Shown one piece after another: positions 49,133-58,700 of a stretch of 64,000 nucleotides of DNA. Source of the stretch: a virus. Lineage: Duplodnaviria; Caudoviricetes. Made by a program: the position numbers and the translations under genes. Location: the IMG/VR virus record IMGVR_UViG_3300032007_000023, positions 101,420 to 165,419 of that record; one strand, written 5' to 3'. Under the pieces are notes generated by a model. It worked only from the letters and a program-made list of their open reading frames with translations, was not told the origin of the DNA and did no database searches. Position 1 is the first letter of the stretch, and each line of letters starts with the position of its first letter.

Positions 49133-51034
49133 TTATGCTTTTATTATTGCTTCAAGAGGTGTTGTTGTCGGTTTCTTGCCATTCAGTGTTTGTGCGAGAC
49201 CGACATTCATTGCTCTACTAACATCCTGGAAGAGAACTCCTTGAAGTACACCAGCCTGTTGAACAGCATCACGGAAACGAAGTTTGGTGTAACTCATTGG
49301 ATCCACATTAGGATTTCTACCAAATGTTGTTGCAAAAGAATGATCTCCTGAACGACATACACGTCTTGCAAGAAGTTCATATGTTATAGCAGGACCGGTA
49401 AGATCTATGCTATTGATTTCCAAACAACGGAACATGAGTTCTGTCATGAGATTATAAGGAATCTGTGGAGACTTAGAATACAGATATATCTGGTTAATGA
49501 AGAATTCAACATTAGCAACATTCTTCTGAATACCAAGAGAACAGATCTCAGAACCTGGATCATATGTGATGATGTAATTCTCAGGATCTTCTTGGATATC
49601 ATTATAGAGATTGAAATTCAACATAGCAGGAACTATCATCATTGTAGATAATATCTCTTGATCATTCTTATCATAGAACTTAACAGGGAATATTCCCATA
49701 CATGAAAGAACAGTGGGTTCACGAACAAATCCATCAAGCTCTTCAAGTAATCTTGGTATAAAGAACTTTACCTTTGTTTTGTTTATCATCGTACCATTGT
49801 CAACAGTACAGAAGTTATTTTTCTCCAAGAATAAATAATCAGGAGGAATGATACCAGCATTCTGTGACAAGTCATGCTTTGATTTAAGCTTGATGTTAAG
49901 CATCTTCTGAGTTACCTGTGTAACAAGAAGACCAACGTTTGTAACACCAAGATTATGGAATACTCTACCAGCACACTTTCCACATATAGCATCTCTCTCA
50001 CAACATTGTGGAGAATAAAGCTGAACTGTCTTACCGATATAATTATTGATATTATGGAGATCGGTTAATACCTTTTTACCATTATCATTGATATATCTGA
50101 AGAGAGCATACTTTGTATTCTTTTTTGTGATGGTAAGAGGAATCGTTGCAGTTGTACCACAATCAGAATTAGGATCTGGATCGATGTGTTCTGATTGAAG
50201 AAGAGCAAGTATTATCTTAGCCATATAACCAGCATCGGCAGTACCAACAGCTGATGGATATGCAGCAGCCAATACAGAGTTTGCAAATGCAGGAATATCT
50301 TTCTTTGTAATACCATTCATCAGTGAATTTTCAACAACGTCATATTTCTTCGTGTAGTTATTAAATACAGATCCTCTCATAACGTTGATAGTCTTGTAGT
50401 TATTATCAAGATTACCATCACCTGAACGATACAAATCATATCCAGAATCCTGTTTAAGATTATTACGAACCATCTGCATGAGTTCCTTCTCAATCTTGTT
50501 AACAGTCATTGTCTGAATAACTGGATTGTTTGAATTAATATCTGCTTCATATTGTTTGAAAAGTTCTGCCTTACGTTGGTTTACATTATCCATAGGGCGA
50601 ATCAATGATGGTGTTATTGATACTGACAAGAATGATGCACTCCAGAAACCTAAACGATCTCGAGAATCAATATAATCGCCGAGTTGTTGTATGGTAATCT
50701 TATCAAGGATAGCAAGGTTATTAACTTCTGCGGTTAATGTCTCCAGTCCTTTTCTATCAATAGGAGTATTCCAATAACCAAGATGTTCAATAATACCTGT
50801 TCTTTCAAGAATGTATCTATTAAACAGAAGCATTCCTGTTGTTGTTTCTATTGTACCAGTAACCCATTGGTATTCTTGCTTTGATAAAGAAATAACTTCT
50901 GTCGGAGCAAAGTTTGCTTGACGGAATTCATTAGTTTCTTTATCATGATAAGAAGCAAACATCTCTTCCAAAAATGATTTTGATATACTATTTATATCCG
51001 CATTAAGAATTTTTTCTTTCGCAAGTGATGCCAT
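49133..51034 (-). CDS. Phage multisubunit RNA polymerase beta' C-terminal subunit
   Basis: TTTGMLLFN, bridge helix GTADAGYMAK, DCGT, SPQCC...ICGKCAG zinc site, trigger loop NVGLLVTQVTQKMLNIKLKSKH; no NADFDGD in this polypeptide. Confidence 0.88.
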   Translation of the reverse strand: MASLAKEKILNADINSISKSFLEEMFASYHDKETNEFRQANFAPTEVISLSKQEYQWVTGTIETTTGMLLFNRYILERTGIIEHLGYWNTPIDRKGLETLTAEVNNLAILDKITIQQLGDYIDSRDRLGFWSASFLSVSITPSLIRPMDNVNQRKAELFKQYEADINSNNPVIQTMTVNKIEKELMQMVRNNLKQDSGYDLYRSGDGNLDNNYKTINVMRGSVFNNYTKKYDVVENSLMNGITKKDIPAFANSVLAAAYPSAVGTADAGYMAKIILALLQSEHIDPDPNSDCGTTATIPLTITKKNTKYALFRYINDNGKKVLTDLHNINNYIGKTVQLYSPQCCERDAICGKCAGRVFHNLGVTNVGLLVTQVTQKMLNIKLKSKHDLSQNAGIIPPDYLFLEKNNFCTVDNGTMINKTKVKFFIPRLLEELDGFVREPTVLSCMGIFPVKFYDKNDQEILSTMMIVPAMLNFNLYNDIQEDPENYIITYDPGSEICSLGIQKNVANVEFFINQIYLYSKSPQIPYNLMTELMFRCLEINSIDLTGPAITYELLARRVCRSGDHSFATTFGRNPNVDPMSYTKLRFRDAVQQAGVLQGVLFQDVSRAMNVGLAQTLNGKKPTTTPLEAIIKA

Positions 51035-51066
51035 TTATGATCACTACCTTTCTCATATTTAATAAA

Positions 51067-51089
51067 CTGATATACATATTATTTATATG
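51067..51089 (+). promoter_or_regulatory. Putative early promoter CTGATATACATATTATTTATATG
   Basis: Identical to 42612..42634. Confidence 0.7.
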
Positions 51090-51175
51090 GCAAGAAAAGA
51101 ACCAAATTGAAGCAGAATTTTCTCAATATTATTTCATCTCTTGTCCAGCTTTGTTACAGGGAGGTGAAGGAACAA

Positions 51176-51265
51176 ATGCTGGATAAAATCATACTACTTG
51201 CCGGTGGCGACGATGACGATGTATCTTTTGATGATCTTGCTGATGCATTCGAATCCACCAGATAA
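51176..51265 (+). CDS. Small acidic peptide (29 aa)
   Basis: GGGAGGTG RBS; MLDKIILLAGGDDDDVSFDDLADAFESTR. Confidence 0.55.
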   Translation: MLDKIILLAGGDDDDVSFDDLADAFESTR

Positions 51266-51294
51266 CACAATCTTTAGAAAGGAAGAACATTGTT

Positions 51295-52362
51295 ATGGAA
51301 TTAAAAAATGCGGTAAAAATGATCAAGTCAATAGAAACATTTGCTAATGCTATTACAGCAGAAGTATCTATTGATGACTTATTGGTACTCAGCGAAGTAA
51401 ATCAAAATGTTTCAGAAAATATTGATTTCCTGAAACTTTGGTTGAACAATGGAATCGAGTTTGATGAATCGATAATACCAGATACCAGTAAGACTAAAAC
51501 GACTCATCCATGGGAGAAAATATCTCCTGATTCAGAATGGAGAAATGTGTTTGATCTGAATCTCATGGTCTCTGATAAAGGAGACATTTGGAATCTCAAA
51601 ACGAATGAACTGATGAAACAGTATTTCAGAGATGGTGATCTCCGTATCTCATTCGGTTCTGATTTAACCAGGGATACAAAGAGGGTAGCACCTATCGTTT
51701 CAAAGGCATTTCAGATATGGTCTCCTGATAAAAATGGTGACTTTATAATCGCCTACAGAGACGGTGACAGAAGAAATATGAGAATCGATAATATCTACTG
51801 GAAGAAACCTGAGGGTGAATATGTCGAAACTCGTAGATATCTGATAGAGGATATTTGTAGAAGGATTATCGAATTCAATGGCGACATCGGAAAGATTATG
51901 CCAAAATACGAAGGTTCACGTCCTTCTGTTTCTACTGCCTCAGTGCAGCAGATCAGAGATAAGAATCTGTATAAAGAGATATCTGATCTGTTCTTCGTAA
52001 TTCAGGATGGAAAAATATATCCGAGAACTGATGCTATGGCTGTTGATACAACAGACAATGGTGGTAGTATGGACGTAGGACAGTTCTTCCGTATATCCGG
52101 TGATAGAAATATCACCGGTTCGTTAATACGCGATAAGATAAAGAAAGGTGATAATCTTACTCTTGATGAGAAGGTTATTGTCGTATTCATGGCTATGGAT
52201 ATTATCGGCATGGACAAGGCTGATGACGTCCGTAAAATAAGCAATGTAATCAAGAATAGCTTTGGTACTGACATTGGGTTAGATTTCATTAACCAGGTTA
52301 GAAATGATTACACTTCGGAGATATCAGAGATGTTTAGAGGGGAGGTAAAAACAAATGAATGA
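51295..52362 (+). CDS. Degenerate NUMOD4/HNH-derived DNA-binding protein
   Basis: WRNV...VSDKGDIWN...RVAPIVSKAF...AYRDGDRRNMRIDNIYW follows the NUMOD4-HNH template but lacks the conserved His residues; EISDLFF-type HTH-like repeats. Confidence 0.6.
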   Translation: MELKNAVKMIKSIETFANAITAEVSIDDLLVLSEVNQNVSENIDFLKLWLNNGIEFDESIIPDTSKTKTTHPWEKISPDSEWRNVFDLNLMVSDKGDIWNLKTNELMKQYFRDGDLRISFGSDLTRDTKRVAPIVSKAFQIWSPDKNGDFIIAYRDGDRRNMRIDNIYWKKPEGEYVETRRYLIEDICRRIIEFNGDIGKIMPKYEGSRPSVSTASVQQIRDKNLYKEISDLFFVIQDGKIYPRTDAMAVDTTDNGGSMDVGQFFRISGDRNITGSLIRDKIKKGDNLTLDEKVIVVFMAMDIIGMDKADDVRKISNVIKNSFGTDIGLDFINQVRNDYTSEISEMFRGEVKTNE

Positions 52363-53359
52363 TCTTCGTAAAACTGTTGAGATGGCAAAAGAAATGCAGA
52401 ATTTTGTTAATGATATCAATGATCTGAAGTTCACAATCGAGGATGTTAATGATGTTGCTTTCTTTAGGCCTGATATCATTGATGTTATTTCAAAAATAAA
52501 AGACTGGTTCAATGCTTCTGCCGAAGAGACTATATCGATGATGGTTACACCCGGACTTGATTATGATGGTGACTTTGACGGTGATAAACTTGATTTGTTA
52601 ATTACGGATACAACACCACAACCAACAGAACCAGTCGTTGCTACAGAAACCGATACTAATACCGATAAACCCAAGAAAAAGCGTCGAGTAACAGCAGACG
52701 ATTTCTATTGGATAGGATATTTCATATGCACCGAATGTAATGGTGCTACTGTTGACATAGCTATCAACAGAGCTTTCGAAAAGTATAAAGACAAGATTAG
52801 TAAGAGCAGTGTGCGTCGATATGTACATAAAGAAAATCACGTAGATATATCCGATAAATTCTTTACTATTAAAGAACCGGATGTGATTGTTGCTGCTACC
52901 GACCCACCTCTTCCATCAACAGTTACTGCAATTCCAAAATTGATGGACTCTATCTCTGATACTAACAGAAACAAATTCTTCGAAATTATCGGAGACATGC
53001 CCGAAGATCAGTGGAGACAGGGTCTTCTGTCACTCATTAAGTTCAACGGATCAGTTCATGATCTTTATCTGGACTGCATCAATAACAATAAAGAAGTAAC
53101 AGGTGAAGATCTTTGTGCGTCAGAAGTACTTAAACGTGCTTCAATTACCAGTGGTCTGTTAAACTCGTTACTCGATAATTTCGATATGACAATAATCATA
53201 TCTTCTGTTGTGGCAAAGATAGGAAACAAGCGTAAGATATCTCGTATCAATAATCAGGTAAAGAAAATATGGGGTATCAATATTAAATCCCCACAGGAGA
53301 TATACAATGTAATCAGCAAGAAAGAATATCCTGAGATATCGGATTTATTCTTCAGATGA
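52355..53359 (+). CDS. Paralogue of the upstream gene with HTH-like repeats and no HNH
   Basis: Homologous N-terminal ~50 aa plus DISDKFF and EISDLFF repeats. Confidence 0.6.
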   Translation: MNDLRKTVEMAKEMQNFVNDINDLKFTIEDVNDVAFFRPDIIDVISKIKDWFNASAEETISMMVTPGLDYDGDFDGDKLDLLITDTTPQPTEPVVATETDTNTDKPKKKRRVTADDFYWIGYFICTECNGATVDIAINRAFEKYKDKISKSSVRRYVHKENHVDISDKFFTIKEPDVIVAATDPPLPSTVTAIPKLMDSISDTNRNKFFEIIGDMPEDQWRQGLLSLIKFNGSVHDLYLDCINNNKEVTGEDLCASEVLKRASITSGLLNSLLDNFDMTIIISSVVAKIGNKRKISRINNQVKKIWGINIKSPQEIYNVISKKEYPEISDLFFR

Positions 53360-53385
53360 TATATTAATATAAGGAGGAATGATTT

Positions 53386-53484
53386 ATGTTATACGGACCC
53401 GAAGACGATGAACTCGACGAAACCGAAGACGACGAAGATGATGACATTGATTTTGCTGACTGGGCAGAAAACGGTGAATTCTAA
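53386..53484 (+). CDS. Small acidic peptide (32 aa)
   Basis: AAGGAGG RBS; MLYGPEDDELDETEDDEDDDIDFADWAENGEF; followed by a terminator. Confidence 0.6.
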   Translation: MLYGPEDDELDETEDDEDDDIDFADWAENGEF

Positions 53485-53491
53485 AATGTAT

Positions 53492-53516
53492 AATACGGGG
53501 CGTAATGCCCCGTATT
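53492..53516. terminator. Bidirectional hairpin terminator
   Basis: AATACGGGGC-GTAAT-GCCCCGTATT followed by a T-run. Confidence 0.8.
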
Positions 53517-53519
53517 TTT

Positions 53520-53795
53520 TTATTCTTCATTAAATTTAATTGTATTCTGTTTTACTTTTACATACTGATCAACATACATTTCGTTTTTAGCGGTATTATA
53601 TGTTACTTCATAATACTTTCCATCTTGAAGAGATGTTGAAAACATTCCTTTTATTGATCCAAGTACGTATGTGCATGTTACAAAATATACATTGATACTA
53701 TCATAATCAATGTTATCTGTTGGATCGGTTGTTTCGATCAACATATGTTTGATTGCATCTTTTGCAAGTTTTACGAATTCATCTGTTCCTACCAT
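53520..53795 (-). CDS. DUF6275-like small phage protein
   Basis: KGMFSTSLQDGKYYEVTYNTAKNEMYVDQYVK matches the family pattern (KALLST..DGMYYEVTYNGDKxExYxDxYKK). Confidence 0.7.
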   Translation of the reverse strand: MVGTDEFVKLAKDAIKHMLIETTDPTDNIDYDSINVYFVTCTYVLGSIKGMFSTSLQDGKYYEVTYNTAKNEMYVDQYVKVKQNTIKFNEE

Positions 53796-53798
53796 TTA

Positions 53799-54095
53799 TC
53801 AATAAACTCCTTTCGGATCGTCAATACCATGTTTTACACGATCATGCTCTTCAGCTTTCTTTCCATCATTGAATCTATCAAGGGTTCCTACGAGGTATCC
53901 TGTTATACGACGGATTCTGTTGAATGGTACTGAATGTTTATGTATCTCGAGCTTCACATATCCTTCATTATCGAATTCTAAGATTATCTCGTCGATTATT
54001 TCATCAGGATATTTTTCTTTAGCATATTTTTTGTATGCTTCTATTTCTTCCTGAGGTATGGTTGATATGTCACCATTCTTAAGTGATACGTTCAT
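53799..54095 (-). CDS. Stand-alone NrdD C-terminal glycyl-radical domain protein (98 aa)
   Basis: RIRRITGYLVGTLDRFNDGKKAEEHDRVKH matches the class III RNR C-terminus; start at ATG 54095 (AAGGAG RBS). Confidence 0.8.
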   Translation of the reverse strand: MNVSLKNGDISTIPQEEIEAYKKYAKEKYPDEIIDEIILEFDNEGYVKLEIHKHSVPFNRIRRITGYLVGTLDRFNDGKKAEEHDRVKHGIDDPKGVY

Positions 54096-54113
54096 AAATA
54101 AACACTCCTTCGC

Positions 54114-54124
54114 ATACATATTAT
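54114..54124 (+). promoter_or_regulatory. Putative early promoter ATACATATTAT
   Basis: Same motif, about 60 nt upstream of 54182. Confidence 0.6.
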
Positions 54125-54181
54125 TTTTGAGATATGATGTACAAATCATATTAATAAAGAGTCGGAAGGAGAATGGTTTAA

Positions 54182-54532
54182 ATGAGGCACAGTATCAAAG
54201 AAAAAATAGTTAAGGAGGAAGAGAAAGTTGTTTTAAACATGATCACATGTTCTGTGTGCGGTCAACGAATTGGATGTTTCGCAACACATGACGGATATTA
54301 TTCACATCATGTGAATGTTATTCAAAATTCAAGAACAGAATACTATACAATCGAAAAATTACAACCGGACATGAATTATGGAAAAGATGATAACACATTA
54401 TCACTCGATGATGTTCATCCTGACTGTTTACCAAAATACATCGAAGAGTTTGTTAAAAGTGAAAGAGATTGTGATGATTATATGAAACTTAATATTGAGC
54501 ATCATATTGATTGTCAGTGCGTTATGACTTAA
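54182..54532 (+). CDS. Hypothetical protein with CxxC ... HxxC zinc ligands
   Basis: CSVCG...VHPDC; AAGGAG RBS. Confidence 0.65.
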   Translation: MRHSIKEKIVKEEEKVVLNMITCSVCGQRIGCFATHDGYYSHHVNVIQNSRTEYYTIEKLQPDMNYGKDDNTLSLDDVHPDCLPKYIEEFVKSERDCDDYMKLNIEHHIDCQCVMT

Positions 54533-54552
54533 TTAAGAAAAGGATGATAACA

Positions 54553-54891
54553 ATGATAAAGAAACTTAAAAGAAGATTGGATGATTGTGATGTTGGAATA
54601 ATGATATGCTATATATTGATGGTTCTTCTAATTGCACTACTGATCTTATGTATTGCAAGCTGGATTATCAATGAACATAATAAGATTGATTCTGGCATTG
54701 TTATTGATAAACATCATACCAGAGCACATACAACACCAACTCGGTTTGGTATGATTCGCCATTCTGAATCATATAAATTAACAATCAAAGGAGAAAAGAA
54801 TGGTAAAACTGTTGAATACATGTTTGATTGTTCTGAAGAAGAATACAATTCATACGATATAGGAGATGAATATCCAAATAAGGAGGAATGA
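54553..54891 (+). CDS. Single-TM membrane protein with small beta domain
   Basis: TM segment then GIVIDK...YKLTI...EEYNSYDIGD; start moved from 54511 to an RBS-supported ATG. Confidence 0.65.
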   Translation: MIKKLKRRLDDCDVGIMICYILMVLLIALLILCIASWIINEHNKIDSGIVIDKHHTRAHTTPTRFGMIRHSESYKLTIKGEKNGKTVEYMFDCSEEEYNSYDIGDEYPNKEE

Positions 54892-55709
54892 TAAAAATGA
54901 TGTCATTTGAAGAAGTGGCTTCAAAACTAAGAATGGTAAAAACATATCCATCACATGATCTTATCATAAGACAAGATCTTGTGGAAACAGCCATGGATAT
55001 AACAAAGCAGCAAACAAAACTACGTAAAATGAATGAAAACAGTATCCCATGTGATATAATAAAACTAGATACACTTCCAACACGAGATTTCTTCATACGT
55101 CTTGATGATGTACAGAATGTTCATATTCGAATACTTGTATTTGATAGAGTTATTGATAAGAATGAATTACCTAAAGACAATTCTGTCAAAATCGTTGGTT
55201 GTGTTATATTTGATTATACTAACACAAGACCGATGTTCTTCTTTGGTGTTAAAAGAAATAGTAAGAAACTAATAATAATACCAGAGATGTATTTCTATCG
55301 TGCTAAGTCTATGGCGGATATTATTAAATTCAATAATCGATTGGATGATGATGAAAAACCAAATGCAAAAATCGTTGATAAAATAATGAAGATTTGGTAT
55401 GGTTTAATGCATCTGATGCTGTATCCTTCATTGTATGATTATATGGATCATTATGAACGAATAATGTATAATATTAATCGTAATACATTTATTATGTATG
55501 ATGATTATAAACATTTTCCACACTCTATAAAATGTAAAACACATACAAGTACAGAACACCCAAGAGAGTCTTATAAACGTCGAAAACTTGTTTGGTTTAA
55601 GAAAGGACATTTTTGTATAATCCCAAATACAGACACCGTTGTATTTAAACAACCACAATGGTGTGGTCCATTCAAAAATGAAATAATAGAATGGGGTAGA
55701 CGTATTTAA
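54888..55709 (+). CDS. Hypothetical protein
   Basis: 273 aa with C-terminal WFKKGHF...QPQWCGP motif. Confidence 0.7.
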   Translation: MIKMMSFEEVASKLRMVKTYPSHDLIIRQDLVETAMDITKQQTKLRKMNENSIPCDIIKLDTLPTRDFFIRLDDVQNVHIRILVFDRVIDKNELPKDNSVKIVGCVIFDYTNTRPMFFFGVKRNSKKLIIIPEMYFYRAKSMADIIKFNNRLDDDEKPNAKIVDKIMKIWYGLMHLMLYPSLYDYMDHYERIMYNINRNTFIMYDDYKHFPHSIKCKTHTSTEHPRESYKRRKLVWFKKGHFCIIPNTDTVVFKQPQWCGPFKNEIIEWGRRI

Positions 55710-55714
55710 AATAA

Positions 55715-55735
55715 TCGGGGGCATAATGCCCCCGA
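55715..55735. terminator. Bidirectional hairpin terminator
   Basis: TCGGGGGC-ATAAT-GCCCCCGA. Confidence 0.8.
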
Positions 55736-55752
55736 ATAATTCTTTTTTGTTG

Positions 55753-58700
55753 TTAACGATATGCTACGACCTTTATGATATTTGCAGATAAATGTGTATC
55801 ATTTGCAACAGTAGAACCATCAAGACGGCTTGGATATGATGCTTTTGTGAGGGTAAGAGTATGGTTAGTAATTCTTATAGTAAATGCTAATACTGTCAAT
55901 TTTAAAACACCCATGTTGTCAGATAGCTGAGCAACTTGCAAAATTCCACCAAGGTTAACATCTGTCATATATGGTACTTCTGCGATTGAATATACTGAAT
56001 TATCCATTGTGGTCTGACCGGCGTTTCCGGATGATCGGAAGTATAATTTCAAATATTGTGTATCCGTTGGGGGAGTAGATAATGTGATAGATTTTGATGT
56101 GTTTGTTGAGTCATTGAATAAAACTGTTCGTGAATTAGAATTAACATAATCGGCAAATTTTGCTGTTTTTACTCGTCTGAAAGAAGGTTCTGATGTTCCT
56201 CCGGATGATGATGGTATTGATGTAAGCATCCACTCTGCACCGTTAAATGTTGGGTTATCGACAGTTATTAAATCATATATACCAGCATTCAATCCATAAC
56301 CTGTTATGTCACCATAAAATTTATTTGCTGTTATCGCGCCTGTCGATGGATTAGCATATATTAAGTCATTTCTGTATACTACTTGTGCAGTAGTCGTTGT
56401 GGTACCCGTTTGATAATAAGACATCAATAATGGTCGGTTTGCACTTCCTGATACAATGTTTTGTGTAACTTTGGTATCGGTATTTGGATTAGCAGGTATC
56501 TTTCCGCTGGTTACCGATATTCCAGTAACGTGACCTTTTCCATCTGTATTAAGTGTAACACCTTTTACAACATCAATACTCCATGCCGCTGTTGCGCCTG
56601 ATGCGCTTGCTGATTTATCTTGACCAGATACGGTTGCTGGAGTATAATGGTTTGCTGATGATGTAACCTTTGTATTGGTATCGGTGTTAATCAAGCTTTT
56701 CCAATCAGACCATTTTTGATTATTGCATACTCGATAGTACGCCGCAGTGGTTGTCATGCCAAGAGCCAATTGTGTACCGTATTTAGTGTCATTTCCTTGT
56801 GCAGACATGATGTGATAAAAATGATTTGATGGAAGATTATAGTCTGTGCCATTTGTATATTCTTCAAATACAACCTTATTTGCTCCGGGAAATACTTTAG
56901 AATCTTTTGTAACTCTTGCTATAGCGACATTTGTCGCGGGACCACCTGCTGAAGATGAACCCGCATAATTATGAGTATGGGTTGATAATGAAAACGTTGA
57001 TCCTTTGGTAACGGTAATTTTTCTGTTACGGTCACCATCATTCGCAATTGACACGGCTGTTACCGCGTTTCCAGATCCTGTTGTTGCAAGAGTTATTAAT
57101 CCCTTGAAAGCGTTCCATAATGCAGATATTGGTCTTCTATAGTATGATGTTGTTGTAGTTCCACCATTCGCATATTGTGCTACATAATAATCCGTAAGTG
57201 CCGGTGTTGTGCTTCCTGTTGATAACAGATTTATTGCAGCATTCATACCGGCTTGTGTATTAGGAACGTAGTCCGATGATTCTGTATATGCTGCAGATTT
57301 TAATCCCAATACAGTTTTAGCATTTGCTACTGATGTATATCCGCCTTTACCCCAGCTATTTGTTATTGTCAAGAAGTATTGCGCATCTGTACCGACGTTT
57401 TCGTTTGTTAATGCTTTTAAAGCATTCAATCTATCTGTAGCTCCAGTACCACCGTGAGCTATAGCAACAGTGCCTGTTACATTAGACGAAGTTCCAGACG
57501 TGTTATTTTGTATACCAGCAATCGAAGACGCATACGAAGCTGTTCCTGTTGTATGTGATGCAGATCCATGTCCAGTGGAAGTATAAAGGGTCCACACATT
57601 ATTGGTTGATGTTCTACTATGTTCTTTCAGCACAGTGAATATCCAACCGTCATATCTGGCGGTTTGTTTATACCATAATTCAACCTTACAACTCGTATTA
57701 GCTGTATTCGTATATACGAATACAAAATCTTCAGGATCTATATTAGCATTTGCAAGTTGCCAATAAAATTGTGAACTCTCATATACTTTTGTCGAACCTG
57801 TTCTGATATGGGCGGTTAATATACCACTATATCTCGGAACATCACCCCATGTTTTTGAAACAATAAATGTGATTGTTTGATCCTCATTGGCATTTGTTAT
57901 AGTTTTTTCTGCAAACTTATGCCATGCATATGATGCGAAATCCGATGTTTCATCATATATAAAACTCTTTTTCAACCATCCCGAAAGGGTCATATTCGCA
58001 TCACCCTTTACAGATACAGAACCCGTTAACTGACCACTCAATGTCAGTGTTCTGGCAGTTGCCCATGAAGATGCTGTTGTTGCATTACCGTTCAAATACA
58101 CATTTGATGCATCACCATACATCATCCATTTTCCAAGTTTATTACTGTAAATACCATGATTCGTTCCACCAGATCCTACACCCATCCAAACTTCAACACC
58201 CGTATCAGATCTCTTAGCGTAGAAGCCTGTATCACCAGAAGCTTTGGTTATTTTAATATTTCCAGTTACATCCGTAGATCCACTCATTGGAATATATGAA
58301 TGTGTATGTGATGGGAGATCTGAAGCAGTCACATTAGCAGTTCCCGTTATGTGACCTTGTGCATCATATGTTATCTTTTTGAAAACTGCGGTTGTTACTG
58401 CGGTTACGGAGTTAGAATGATTGAAAGTTGTTCCTGATAGAGACAATCCTGTTCCGGCTGAATAAGTAGTATTTGGAGGAGTTGTGAAAATGAAATTAGT
58501 TCCGCCTGTAGTCAACTTATACTTTGTGCTTGCTGCTAATGTAAGTTGATTTGTACCTGAATCAGCAGCTATTGTCGTTGTATGCGTATGATTTGATAAG
58601 GAGAACGTACTTCCTTTGGTGACCGTCAAAGCACCATTCGATGCAGTTATCGATGTAACAGCATTACCACTTCCCGAAGTTGTTACTGTTGTAACGGTAT

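Noticed and set aside
51295-52362. Active mobile HNH homing endonuclease
   Set aside because: Conserved His residues are replaced and the gene is embedded in an operon with a paralogue.
52555-52590. GLDYDGDFDGD resembling the RNAP catalytic NADFDGD motif
   Set aside because: Lies in a linker of an HTH-repeat protein with no double-psi barrel context, so treated as chance.
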